Positions 18,905 to 32,506 of a DNA stretch of 64,000 nucleotides are shown here, piece after piece. This stretch comes from Escherichia coli (GTDB lineage Bacteria; Pseudomonadota; Gammaproteobacteria; Enterobacterales; Enterobacteriaceae). The stretch lies in assembly GCF_030013595.1 (NCBI RefSeq), contig NZ_CP122768.1, one strand, 5' to 3'. The stretch's first letter is position 1, and every line of letters begins with the position of its first letter. Made by a program: the position numbers and the translations under genes. Below the pieces are notes generated by a model that saw nothing but the letters and a program-made list of their open reading frames with translations, was not told the origin of the DNA and made no database searches.

Positions 18905-19795
18905 GTGCGATATGACAAAGAATTAATGGAGAATGTGATGATCAGGCAGAAGATTCTACAGCAGCTCCTGGAGTGGATTGAGTGCAATCTCGAGCACCCT
19001 ATTTCAATCGAAGATATCGCACAGAAATCTGGCTACAGCAGACGCAACATCCAGCTTCTTTTCCGAAATTTCATGCATGTGCCTTTGGGAGAATACATTC
19101 GCAAACGAAGGCTTTGTCGTGCCGCCATTCTTGTCCGGCTCACCGCGAAATCTATGCTTGATATTGCACTCTCTTTGCATTTTGATTCACAGCAGTCATT
19201 CAGCCGCGAATTTAAAAAGTTATTCGGCTGCTCTCCCCGTGAATACCGCCACCGTGATTATTGGGATCTCGCAAATATCTTCCCTTCTTTTTTAATACGT
19301 CAACAGCAAAAGACGGAGTGTAAATTAGTCAACTTTCCTGAGACACCTATTTTTGGCGATTCATTTAAATATGACATTGAAGTGTCGAATAAATCACCGG
19401 ATGAAGAAGTCAAACTGCGACGTCATCATTTAGCCAGATGTATGAAGAGTTTTAAGACGGATATCTATTTCGTCTCCACATTCGAACCGTCAACAAAATC
19501 GGTCGATTTGCTCACAGTTGAAACTTTTGCCGGTACGGTATGTAAACAAACCGATTCAGAGATGCCGAAAGAGTGGATAATTAACCGAGGACTGTATGCC
19601 TCTTTCCGCTATGAAGGTGAGTGGGAGCACTACTCTGAATGGGTGCGAAACCTCTATCTGATGGAATTACCTGCCAGGGGGTTAGCCAGAGTGAACGGCA
19701 GTGATATTGAGCGGTTTTATTACAATGAAAACTTCGTCGAAATCGATAGCAATAACATTGTTTGCGAAATTTTTATCCCCGTTCGTCCGGTTTAG
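18905..19795 (+). CDS. ykgA: AraC-family regulator with GyrI-like effector domain (296 aa), YkgA-like
   Basis: N-terminal AraC HTH (IEDIAQKSGYSRRNIQLLF); position next to eaeH. Confidence 0.65.
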   Translation: MRYDKELMENVMIRQKILQQLLEWIECNLEHPISIEDIAQKSGYSRRNIQLLFRNFMHVPLGEYIRKRRLCRAAILVRLTAKSMLDIALSLHFDSQQSFSREFKKLFGCSPREYRHRDYWDLANIFPSFLIRQQQKTECKLVNFPETPIFGDSFKYDIEVSNKSPDEEVKLRRHHLARCMKSFKTDIYFVSTFEPSTKSVDLLTVETFAGTVCKQTDSEMPKEWIINRGLYASFRYEGEWEHYSEWVRNLYLMELPARGLARVNGSDIERFYYNENFVEIDSNNIVCEIFIPVRPV

Positions 19796-19845
19796 CTGTA
19801 GCGATGTTTACATGAATTTATAACGAGACTACTGTCAGGCAATTC

Positions 19846-19890
19846 AATAAATAATGGCGTTGAAGATGTCAACGCCATTATTGTTTATTA
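19846..19890. terminator. Bidirectional terminator hairpin (TAATGGCGTTGA / TCAACGCCATTA) between convergent ykgA and eaeH
   Basis: 12-bp perfect stem with T-run. Confidence 0.6.
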
Positions 19891-19915
19891 GAATGTTACT
19901 TTCATATTCTCAATA

Positions 19916-22900
19916 TTATTTCATCGCCTCCTCGCCCTTTGCCGTATCGGCATCCACCGCGGTAATGGTCACCGTCACTGGCTTCATTTCGTACCCGCCA
20001 TACGTCAGGGCGTTAAATGTAAACGTATAGACACCTGGCTTGTTGGTACTAAATGTACGCGTGATTTTTCCGCTCACGAAATGGTCATTTTTCGACGGCA
20101 GGAATTGATAATCCTTCTCCGTCACTCCTTCCGGCGTCTGAATGTCGACCCACACATTCCCCCCAACAGGGTTATTTGCCGAGAACAGGGTCACCTCCAG
20201 CTTCGCAGTCGATTTCCCATCCGCCACCAGCGATTGCACATCAGATGATGCGGTGAGCTCCGCGTTTTTATCATCCGCGACGAATTTAGATTCGGCAGTT
20301 TTCGTTGATACCTGACCGTTGGTCTGACTCACTTGCGCCTTGAGTGTGTATGTCGCCGCAACAGTAGTGGTAGCGGTGAAAATAGCCTGCCCTTGCTCAT
20401 TCGTTGTCGCAGTGCCATTCGGTTCCAGGTTTAACGAAGCCGGGCTGGCAGTCAGCGTCACTTCGCTATCTTTCACCAAATTCTTATTGGCATCAGTCAC
20501 CGTAACTTTATACGTTTGTTTGGCTTTGCCGTCCGCCAGTGCATAGTTGCCAATCACCTCAATACCGGAGACGGTTGCGGTAGCCTTATCGGCTACAAAC
20601 GTTATAGTCTGCGTATTCGAAGGCTGGCTATTCCCTGCCGATGCCGTGATCTCATACGTTCCGGCAGTCACTGAAACCACCTGCAACTCTGCTTTCCCCT
20701 CATCGTTGGCTTTCACCCAGACATTATCGCCTGTAAGCGGCTTGACACCCCGAGGCAGATTAAAGGTCACCAGAGTTCCTGGAACAGGGTTACCGTTTTT
20801 ATCCTCAACGGTCGCCGTCAGCGTAAAGGCATCTTTGCCGTTTGCCACTTTTTGAACGGCGGTGTCTACCTGCAGGTTTGCCTGACCGGTGCTGGCATCC
20901 GCGTTGAATTTCACCGTGACCGTCTTCTGAGAGTTTTTCACCGCGGCCGCGATTTCAAGTTCCCCTGCAACGGTTGATATCAATTCAATATCCGCTTTAC
21001 CTGCCGCATTGGTTGTTACTGTATTCCCCGTCTTGCTAGTCACACCCTGCGGTAAAGTCAGCGTAACTTCTTGCCCCTGCAACGGGTTACCATAGCTGTC
21101 CACGACGGTCAGGGTTACCTGGTTAGCAGACTGTCCATTTGCCAGTTGGTTATTCACCTTCACCGCCATATCACTGATCACTGCCCGGGAAGCGTCGCCT
21201 GCAACATTCAGCACCAGTGGCTGAGCAACGGCATTTTGGCCGTTCACTCGCGGCATCACAGACAACTGACCCGCGGCAGATCCCAGCGTTAAGGTCGCCA
21301 CGTAGACCCCATTACCTTTCTCTGTCCAGTTTCCTGCTGAAGGACGCTCACTCCCCGTGCTGGCGGCACCGCTAAACACTGGTGCATCTGGCTTCAGCCC
21401 GGTGACCGGGTTCCCGTACGCATCCTTCACGGTGAAGGTGAGTTCCGTCGTCGTTTTAACCGTTGGAGTCTTATTGTCCGCAACAAGCGTAGAGTTCGCT
21501 GATGACATCTCCCCGGCGATGACCGTCAACTGCGCGGCTTCGGTGGCTGCTGGCTGGCCGTTGAAGAGAGGCATGACACGAAGCTCGCCCGTCTTTCCGC
21601 CTGTGGTCAACGTAGCAACATAGGAACCGTCACCTTTTTCGGTCCAACTGGAAATAGTCGCCCCTTCAGAGGCGGTCCCCGTCAAACTTGCCGACAACGA
21701 AAGACCACTGATAGCGTTGCCATGCGCATCTTTCGCCACCAGCGTCACGGTTGTGCTTTCGCCGGCTTTTACGCGATCTGCGGCTACAGACACTGTCGAC
21801 TGGCCTGAAGATAACGCATCAGCCACCACGGTTACTTTTGCCGCGTTTGCTGCCGCATCCTGTCCATTTAGCTTCGGCATAACTTCTAATTCACCCGCCG
21901 TAGAGCCGAGAGTAATCTGCGCAGTCCACGTCCCATCACCATTATTTGTCCAGCCAGATGCCGTAGAACCTACAGCAGCGGCACCCGCTAATGACGGCGC
22001 TTCCGGCGTGAGGCTGGTCACAGGGTTGTCATTGGCATCTTTTGTCGACCAGATTGCCGTAAGCGTACCGCCGACCACCGGTTTATCAGGATTCAGTGTG
22101 ATGGACGAATGTGCTGCATCAAGCGGCCCGGCAACAAACTTCAGCGTTTGTTGTAATGTGCCCAGCTGATACTGCTCGCTGAAGGCACGCACAACAACGT
22201 TTCCGGCACGGGTCGAAGAAACCGTGGCGCTGTAAACCCCTAGTTTTATTTCCGAAATGGCACCAACGGTTACACCATTAGTGTCTTGCGGAACAAGTCG
22301 CAGGCGGCTGGCTTCTCCCGTCACCGGATTACCCTCGGAGTCCACCGCTGTCAGTGTCAGCGTGTAGGCTTGCTGACCATCAGCAACCACATCACCTGAC
22401 TGCTCGTTAGCGCTCAGGGTGGAGTTTGCCACATCCATCATCGTGGCCCGCAGTTCTGCAGTGACAGTTTTGCTCATGTCATCAACGCTAACAGTAATCG
22501 TTGCCTCACCTGACTGCGTTCCGGTAGTAAAGACAGACTGATACACCCCTGCTTCAGTTTCGGTGAACTCACCCAGTGTTGGCTTTGCCTGTGATTTAGT
22601 GGCCTTCAGGGTACGAGTCACAATATTTCCAGCCGGTTTGAAGGTTAGTTCAGTCTTGATCTGATCTTTCATGCCCGTGACTGGCTGGCCCTCGGCGTCG
22701 CGCAGAGACAGCACCAGCGGCTTTTGCTCATTACCGTTAGCAAGCATTTGAATACGGCTCTGACCGTCAAGCGTTAACACCGTACGATCGGCGCTCATAC
22801 CAGCTCCGCTAATAACCACTTCTGTCTGCACACGTTTCGAGGCATTGCCTTTGTTATCGTAGGCAATCGCTGAAATCGCATAATAATTGTCTTTGCCTGC

Positions 22901-24169
22901 CTGATAAGCCGGGAGCGTCACTTGCCACTGATTGCCCTGTCCCGTAATTTTTCCGCCTGCGGCCAGCAAAGACGGCGCTTCCCATTGCACATTTTTCAGA
23001 CCGTGTGTTGCTTTGCTGACCACAAGCCCCAGGGAAACCGTCTGACCGCCCTTACCTTCAATCCGCTCAGGCAGAGCAATACGGATCACTTCAGATTTGC
23101 GGTACTCAAGAACGATGTTGTTATTACGCTCAACCAGGTCATAGCGGCTGCCTGCCAGCATTCGACGCTCGCGAATGCGGTCTGTATCGAGTTGTTTTTC
23201 CAGAGGTTCGCCAATCCGATAATTAACTTCCAGGCCAAAGCGAGTGTCATTCTCACCACTCTTGCCCTGCTTATGCCCGGCACTCAGGGTCAGAAGAGGC
23301 ACTGGCGTGTAATTCACTTCAGCGGTAATCGCATGTGGATCTTTCTGGCGTTTATCTTTACCAAACAGCCCGACTTCATCGCCATAATACTGTTCATACA
23401 TCAGGCTTGCGCCAAGCTGCGGCCAGGCAGGTAAATAGCCCTCAGCACGAATATCCCAGCCATTCGCCGGGCGTTCCTGATAATCCTCAACATCCGGCGA
23501 TTTTTTCCAGCCAGAAGCCCGGATATAACCATTGGCGCTCAATTTCAAATAATCACGCCAGTATTCCGCACCAACACCAATGCGGGTATGACTACGGGAT
23601 AAATCATGATCGATAAAAGTATTCACCCCCGCCATCCAGTCATTTCCTGAAAAATGACGCCAGCCAAAACCAATATTTGACTGAGTACGATCGTCGGTAC
23701 GATGTATTGCTCCCTGAGTGAACAACATATTTGTCGGCGTATCATAAATCGGATAAAGCATTTCCAGCGAAGAATCCTTCAGCGAGAAATCTTTATCGAC
23801 ATTCAGTTTGACGCGCGCAGTACCATATTTCCCGAGCCACTCCTGTATTTCCTGGTTAGCTTTAGCGGTGGCCATTCCGGTAATAAAGTTACGTGTCGCA
23901 TCGCTATCTGGCTGACTGCTTAAAAATGTCCCGGCATTTGCGGCAAACGACGCGACATTTTGCTCCACGTTATTATCAGCAGTTACCGTAGTATTTCCCA
24001 TGCTCAACCGTGGCTGAACCGCATGCTGCGCATGTGCCGCCATTACTGGGGTAAAGGTGACAGCGAGTGGGAAAAGAACCTGAACAGAGATATTTGCCCA
24101 CGCCACGCAGCGGGCCAGAACTGAATAACGAAATCGTGGTTGTTTATGACCTGTTTTATAACGTGACAT
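19916..24169 (-). CDS. eaeH: Intimin-like inverse autotransporter adhesin EaeH/FdeC (1417 aa)
   Basis: N-terminal beta-barrel region followed by many Big-like repeats. Confidence 0.85.
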   Translation of the reverse strand: MSRYKTGHKQPRFRYSVLARCVAWANISVQVLFPLAVTFTPVMAAHAQHAVQPRLSMGNTTVTADNNVEQNVASFAANAGTFLSSQPDSDATRNFITGMATAKANQEIQEWLGKYGTARVKLNVDKDFSLKDSSLEMLYPIYDTPTNMLFTQGAIHRTDDRTQSNIGFGWRHFSGNDWMAGVNTFIDHDLSRSHTRIGVGAEYWRDYLKLSANGYIRASGWKKSPDVEDYQERPANGWDIRAEGYLPAWPQLGASLMYEQYYGDEVGLFGKDKRQKDPHAITAEVNYTPVPLLTLSAGHKQGKSGENDTRFGLEVNYRIGEPLEKQLDTDRIRERRMLAGSRYDLVERNNNIVLEYRKSEVIRIALPERIEGKGGQTVSLGLVVSKATHGLKNVQWEAPSLLAAGGKITGQGNQWQVTLPAYQAGKDNYYAISAIAYDNKGNASKRVQTEVVISGAGMSADRTVLTLDGQSRIQMLANGNEQKPLVLSLRDAEGQPVTGMKDQIKTELTFKPAGNIVTRTLKATKSQAKPTLGEFTETEAGVYQSVFTTGTQSGEATITVSVDDMSKTVTAELRATMMDVANSTLSANEQSGDVVADGQQAYTLTLTAVDSEGNPVTGEASRLRLVPQDTNGVTVGAISEIKLGVYSATVSSTRAGNVVVRAFSEQYQLGTLQQTLKFVAGPLDAAHSSITLNPDKPVVGGTLTAIWSTKDANDNPVTSLTPEAPSLAGAAAVGSTASGWTNNGDGTWTAQITLGSTAGELEVMPKLNGQDAAANAAKVTVVADALSSGQSTVSVAADRVKAGESTTVTLVAKDAHGNAISGLSLSASLTGTASEGATISSWTEKGDGSYVATLTTGGKTGELRVMPLFNGQPAATEAAQLTVIAGEMSSANSTLVADNKTPTVKTTTELTFTVKDAYGNPVTGLKPDAPVFSGAASTGSERPSAGNWTEKGNGVYVATLTLGSAAGQLSVMPRVNGQNAVAQPLVLNVAGDASRAVISDMAVKVNNQLANGQSANQVTLTVVDSYGNPLQGQEVTLTLPQGVTSKTGNTVTTNAAGKADIELISTVAGELEIAAAVKNSQKTVTVKFNADASTGQANLQVDTAVQKVANGKDAFTLTATVEDKNGNPVPGTLVTFNLPRGVKPLTGDNVWVKANDEGKAELQVVSVTAGTYEITASAGNSQPSNTQTITFVADKATATVSGIEVIGNYALADGKAKQTYKVTVTDANKNLVKDSEVTLTASPASLNLEPNGTATTNEQGQAIFTATTTVAATYTLKAQVSQTNGQVSTKTAESKFVADDKNAELTASSDVQSLVADGKSTAKLEVTLFSANNPVGGNVWVDIQTPEGVTEKDYQFLPSKNDHFVSGKITRTFSTNKPGVYTFTFNALTYGGYEMKPVTVTITAVDADTAKGEEAMK

Positions 24170-24720
24170 TGAGATAATTTCCTGATGAACGAATTAACGA
24201 ACATAGGCAGACACAAATAGTGGCGTCTGCTTGTCAGAAAAACCGGGGATTTCCCGGTTTCCTTTTCCGCAGAAAAGGAAATACCTTTATGTAAGAAAGT
24301 ACACCGCCACCTAATATATCCAGTGTCTGTAGCCACTCATCAGGTGGTTGGGCGCGGGATTATATTTTTATTTATGGGTTAAAAATTTAGCTTTTTGTGC
24401 AAGTTATTAAATAGATACTTAAGTTATATTTCTTACTCTGCGGGCAGTGAATAATTCATTATTAAGAGTGAATAATAATGACCTGTCTTTAATTAATCGC
24501 TATTGGGAATACGTCGAAGTAGGTATATACACCAGGATAAACCAATATATTTTTTATGGATATTCATTTTCCTTCATCAGACTGTGAATTGCAGGGATAT
24601 CGAACTTGCACGACTCATCGCAACACTTAAGCAGATTTATGAATTTCGTTCATAACCCCTGACAAATCCTGCCGTCTAATCGAGCTTTTCCCTTTACGTT
24701 ATGCTTCTCATGAACGATAA

Positions 24721-27644
<2,924 letters not shown>

Positions 27645-27887
27645 CTAAACTTTCAGGAGATTTATTATGAATAAACGTATCCTCACGATTGCGCCATTCT
27701 TCTTACCGATATTCTGACACACATCATTAACTTTCTATTTTTACTCTTTTCTCCACCATAAATTCAATAAAAGCACTAACAGTAATTATAAATAAAAACA
27801 AAGCCAAAAATCCTGGTTCCAAAGCTGGTAACAACTAACCAGTTAAAATATACGCATCAAAATCAGATAAACATTTGAGGTATTGTC

Positions 27888-28135
27888 ATGACAAATAAAC
27901 ACCTATCACTGTTTTCTCCTTTTATGCTGACAGAAAAAAAATAAAGCCATGTAATCGTATCGTTATGGCTCCTATGACGACCTGGTCAGCTAATCCTGAT
28001 GGAACCATCTCTGAGCAAGAACTCGAATATTATAAACGTCGCTCACAAAATATTGGTTTAGTAATTACAGGATATACCTATGTCACGCCAAGGAAATTCA
28101 GGCATCGAAAGGAACTGGCTGGTTTCCGTTAATGG
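27888..28135 (+). pseudogene. Decayed fragment of Old Yellow Enzyme-type NADH:flavin oxidoreductase
   Basis: Frameshifted ORF with OYE N-terminal pattern (LFSPFML ... NRIVMAPMTTWSANPDGTISEQELEYYKRRSQN); stops and frameshifts. Confidence 0.4.
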
Positions 28136-28611
28136 ATTAAATATCTATTACTCTCCCGAGTGTAAAACTATCAAACCAATGAGTAACCGATACAGCCTCG
28201 CAAATTCTTTCAGATAATTAACCCGTCACTGCGGCACGTTCTCTCATAAGGCGTGCCTGCTGTGTAATCCAGTATGGATCCAGCATAGTTGACGGCTTAA
28301 TAGACTCAATTCCTTTCCCAGGTTACCAACAACGATATCTTGTATAACACCCCAGAAGATACGACATTATGATGAGATGAGGTATGCTCCTCAGCGCCAA
28401 TCAACGCCAGGGCTGGGCCAGTTTTGAGATCAGACTCATTCCCGGACTGACTTCAGGCGACATATATCAATGACGTTGGGGCAATAAAAGATAGCCGATG
28501 TAATACATCTATTCAAATTTGTGATACATGTCAAAAAATTGGTTGACCAAACTCGTTATTTATATAAGGGCACTTACGAAGTGCACTCTTTTTTAAAGCG
28601 AGGAAGTACCA

Positions 28612-28713
28612 ATGAAAGAGAATAAAGTACAACAAATCAGTCATAAACTGATTAATATCGTTGTTTTTGTCGCAATTGTAGAATACGCCTATTTATTTCT
28701 CCATTTCTATTAA
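28612..28713 (+). CDS. ykgR: Small hydrophobic protein (33 aa), YkgR-like
   Basis: ATG with RBS; position upstream of ykgM; name recalled from memory. Confidence 0.45.
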   Translation: MKENKVQQISHKLINIVVFVAIVEYAYLFLHFY

Positions 28714-29042
28714 TAACGGCAATAAACTGTTCACTTCAGTGATATTAAAAAATATGCATCCTCTCCCTTTTTTGTAAGTAATTATTATATCCGTGGGAGA
28801 GGAATACACGCTGTCCGGCAATCAATCAAACTGCGATAAATCATCGGCCAGTAAAATGGAGATAGCCTCCATTCTCGAAAAATTCATACTCTCAGCGAAA
28901 CCATCACTCATCAAGGCGTTTATGGGAGCGTCGCCAATGGCTGCTAACAATGCCAGACTTCCCCGTTGCCGAAATTCCACATACCACAAATGGTCACAGG
29001 GATTGGGTGTTGAAATGATCCGGATGAGCATGTATCTTTATG

Positions 29043-29062
29043 GTTATGTTATAACATAACAG
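29043..29062. promoter_or_regulatory. Zur box (TGTTATAACATAACA palindrome) upstream of ykgM
   Basis: Palindrome resembling the Zur consensus, about 10 bp before ykgM start. Confidence 0.55.
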
Positions 29063-29068
29063 GTAAAA

Positions 29069-29335
29069 ATGATGAAGCCCAATATCCATCCTGAGTATCG
29101 TACTGTGGTGTTCCACGACACCAGTGTTGATGAGTACTTTAAAATCGGCTCGACTATCAAAACAGACCGTGAGATTGAGCTGGATGGCGTAACGTATCCG
29201 TACGTGACAATTGATGTCTCCTCTAAATCGCACCCGTTCTATACAGGGAAGCTGAGAACAGTGGCATCAGAAGGAAATGTTGCACGATTCACCCAACGTT
29301 TTGGTCGTTTTGTTAGCACGAAAAAGGGGGCATGA
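29069..29335 (+). CDS. ykgM: Ribosomal protein L31 paralog (type B, zinc-independent)
   Basis: [17 protein letters not shown] ... L31 signature. Confidence 0.85.
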
Positions 29336-29475
29336 TGAAAGTCCTTAACTCTCTGCGTACCGCAAAAGAACGCCATCCAGACTGTCAGATTGTGAAGCGA
29401 AAAGGACGGCTATATGTGATTTGTAAATCTAATCCACGTTTTAAGGCCGTTCAGGGTCGTAAGAAAAAACGTTGA
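29335..29475 (+). CDS. ykgO: Ribosomal protein L36 paralog (46 aa), start overlaps ykgM stop
   Basis: [46 protein letters not shown]; not in ORF track because short. Confidence 0.8.
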   Translation: MKVLNSLRTAKERHPDCQIVKRKGRLYVICKSNPRFKAVQGRKKKR

Positions 29476-29525
29476 TTCAAAATTCGACGAATTAACGATA
29501 TTTGTCTGATTAATAATCAGACCGG

Positions 29526-29565
29526 ATTAATGTTGGTGTATTTATTACACCAGCATTAATTTTCC
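29526..29565 (+). terminator. Rho-independent terminator after ykgMO
   Basis: Stem TTAATGTTGGTGTA / TACACCAGCATTAA followed by TTTTCC. Confidence 0.55.
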
Positions 29566-30489
29566 TGAGGATGTATCTTCCTGTTCATTTAAGGTCAACT
29601 GCCTGACGTTTCTCTCCGAATATTCCATTATATTAATGTTGACTTGTTGACCAGGTGCGCCCTGTATGCTGGCATCAACTCTCTTTTAGACTGAACACGC
29701 CACTCAGTTTCCTCCCTTTGCGACGCAGCCTGCATTTACACTCAAACGGTTAAGATGATAAATGTGGTAAATCTGTTGGTACTGACATAAAAACGTTTAC
29801 GCCACAGGAACGGCCTGATCCACCGGTAACCCCATCGCCGACGTTCGAGTGCCAGTTAGAGTAACGCGCACAGATGACTGAATGCAGTGCCCTGGCAAAG
29901 AGGCCATCGTTCCTGTGACAACTGGCAGTCTTCGTTTAACTTCACTTAATTTGGCTCTTAGGGGGCTTACCGGACAGATGACGTACTTACACCTGTTTAA
30001 TTTTTCATCACTTATTGGGATGAACACCCATAACCATTTTGTGCGGCATGTTAATCCATTAAAACACCTTACTGATTGGCAAATCATCTTTAATTATGAC
30101 TCATGATAGTTTTATATTCTATTTCTTATCATTTAAACTTGTTTTTTTACTAGTCCATTACACAACACATTAAGACTATTCCTAACACCTCAGGGCAAAG
30201 TTCCTGGCTAATATAAAATGCAAGTAAGAATTGAACGTTATATTGCCAATAACCTTATGAAACTGAATGTCTTTTTCTTCTTATCAAAAAAGCAATATTT
30301 TCATTTTTTGTAAATATTGACTTAACCATGGAATTCCTTTTCTGTTCACATATTGACACTCATCAGGAAAAAAACATAAATTTAAACCTAATCGAAATAA
30401 TTAAAACTTAATCTCGTTTAACCTATATTGATATGTGCTACGTATCTTATTTACTTCCGATTTACTAAAGAAACTGAATGTACCTGTAA

Positions 30490-31101
<612 letters not shown>

Positions 31102-31175
31102 ACTCCAGGCAAGTTAGTTTTAAAAAATGACTCACAGGGACATCACGTCCTCAATTCAACTCGGGAAGAAAAGCA

Positions 31176-31763
31176 ATGAAAAAAAAGGTTCTGGCAATAG
31201 CTCTGGTAACGGTGTTTACCGGCATGGGTGTGGCGCAGGCTGCTGACGTAACAGCTCAGGCTGTAGCGACCTGGTCAGCAACAGCCAAAAAAGACACCAC
31301 CAGTAAGCTGGTTGTGACGCCACTCGGTAGCCTGGCGTTCCAGTATGCCGAAGGCATTAAAGGTTTTAACTCACAGAAAGGTCTATTTGACGTAGCTATC
31401 GAGGGTGACTCAACGGCTACCGCCTTTAAACTGACCTCACGTCTTATCACCAACACCTTAACCCAGTTGGATACCTCAGGTTCCACACTGAATGTGGGCG
31501 TTGATTATAACGGCGCGGCAGTCGAAAAAACTGGCGATACCGTGATGATCGATACCGCCAACGGCGTACTGGGCGGCAACCTTAGCCCACTGGCTAACGG
31601 TTACAATGCCAGCAATCGTACCACCGCACAGGATGGTTTCACTTTCTCCATCATCAGCGGCACCACCAATGGTACCACCGCAGTAACCGATTACAGCACT
31701 CTACCGGAAGGCATCTGGAGCGGCGACGTTAGCGTACAGTTCGACGCTACCTGGACCAGTTAA
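31176..31763 (+). CDS. ecpA: E. coli common pilus major subunit EcpA/MatB (195 aa)
   Basis: Signal peptide; sequence matches remembered EcpA. Confidence 0.9.
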
Positions 31764-31818
31764 TCTCTCTGATGTACCAGCAGGGGTCCCCCCTGCTTTA
31801 TTCCTGGACGGAATTGTT

Positions 31819-32487
31819 ATGAAAAAGCACCTTCTGCCTCTCGCTCTGCTGTTTTCCGGAATATCTCCGGCCCAGGCGCTGGATGTCGGCGATATATCAT
31901 CGTTTATGAACAGTGACAGCAGCACGCTGAGCAAAACGATCCAAAACAGTACCGACAGTGGCCGCCTCATCAATATCCGTCTCGAACGGCTCTCTTCACC
32001 GCTTGACGACGGGCAGGTTATCGCAATGGACAAGCCGGATGAGTTGCTACTCACTCCCGCCAGCTTGCTGCTACCCGCCCAAGCCAGCGAAGTGATCCGC
32101 TTCTTCTATAAGGGACCAGCAGATGAAAAAGAGCGCTACTACCGCATTGTCTGGTTTGATCAGGCCCTCAGTGATGCGCAGCGCGATAATGCCAACCGTA
32201 GCGCTGTGGCCACTGCTTCCGCCCGCATCGGCACCATTCTGGTCGTCGCCCCCCGCCAGGCGAACTACCACTTTCAGTACGCCAACGGCTCCCTGACAAA
32301 TACAGGAAATGCGACGCTGCGGATCCTCGCCTACGGCCCCTGCCTGAAAGCCGCCAATGGTAAAGAGTGTAAAGAGAATTACTACCTGATGCCGGGCAAG
32401 TCGCGTCGTTTTACCCGCGTGGACACGGCGGATAACAAAGGACGGGTTGCACTTTGGCAGGGTGATAAGTTCATTCCCGTGAAATAG
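31819..32487 (+). CDS. ecpB: ECP chaperone EcpB (222 aa)
   Basis: Operon position, signal peptide. Confidence 0.85.
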
Positions 32488-32506
32488 ATAGCTGTGCAGA
32501 TGGATA

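Noticed and set aside
20340-23616. Multiple plus-strand ORFs (68-170 aa) inside eaeH
   Set aside because: All lie antisense within the 1417-aa adhesin gene; typical shadow ORFs of a repetitive gene.
29797-30106. Small ORFs in the 1.1-kb region upstream of ecpR
   Set aside because: This long AT-rich stretch is the ecp regulatory region; the ORFs have no RBS or conservation signal I can see. One might correspond to an annotated small K-12 gene, but I cannot support that from sequence alone.
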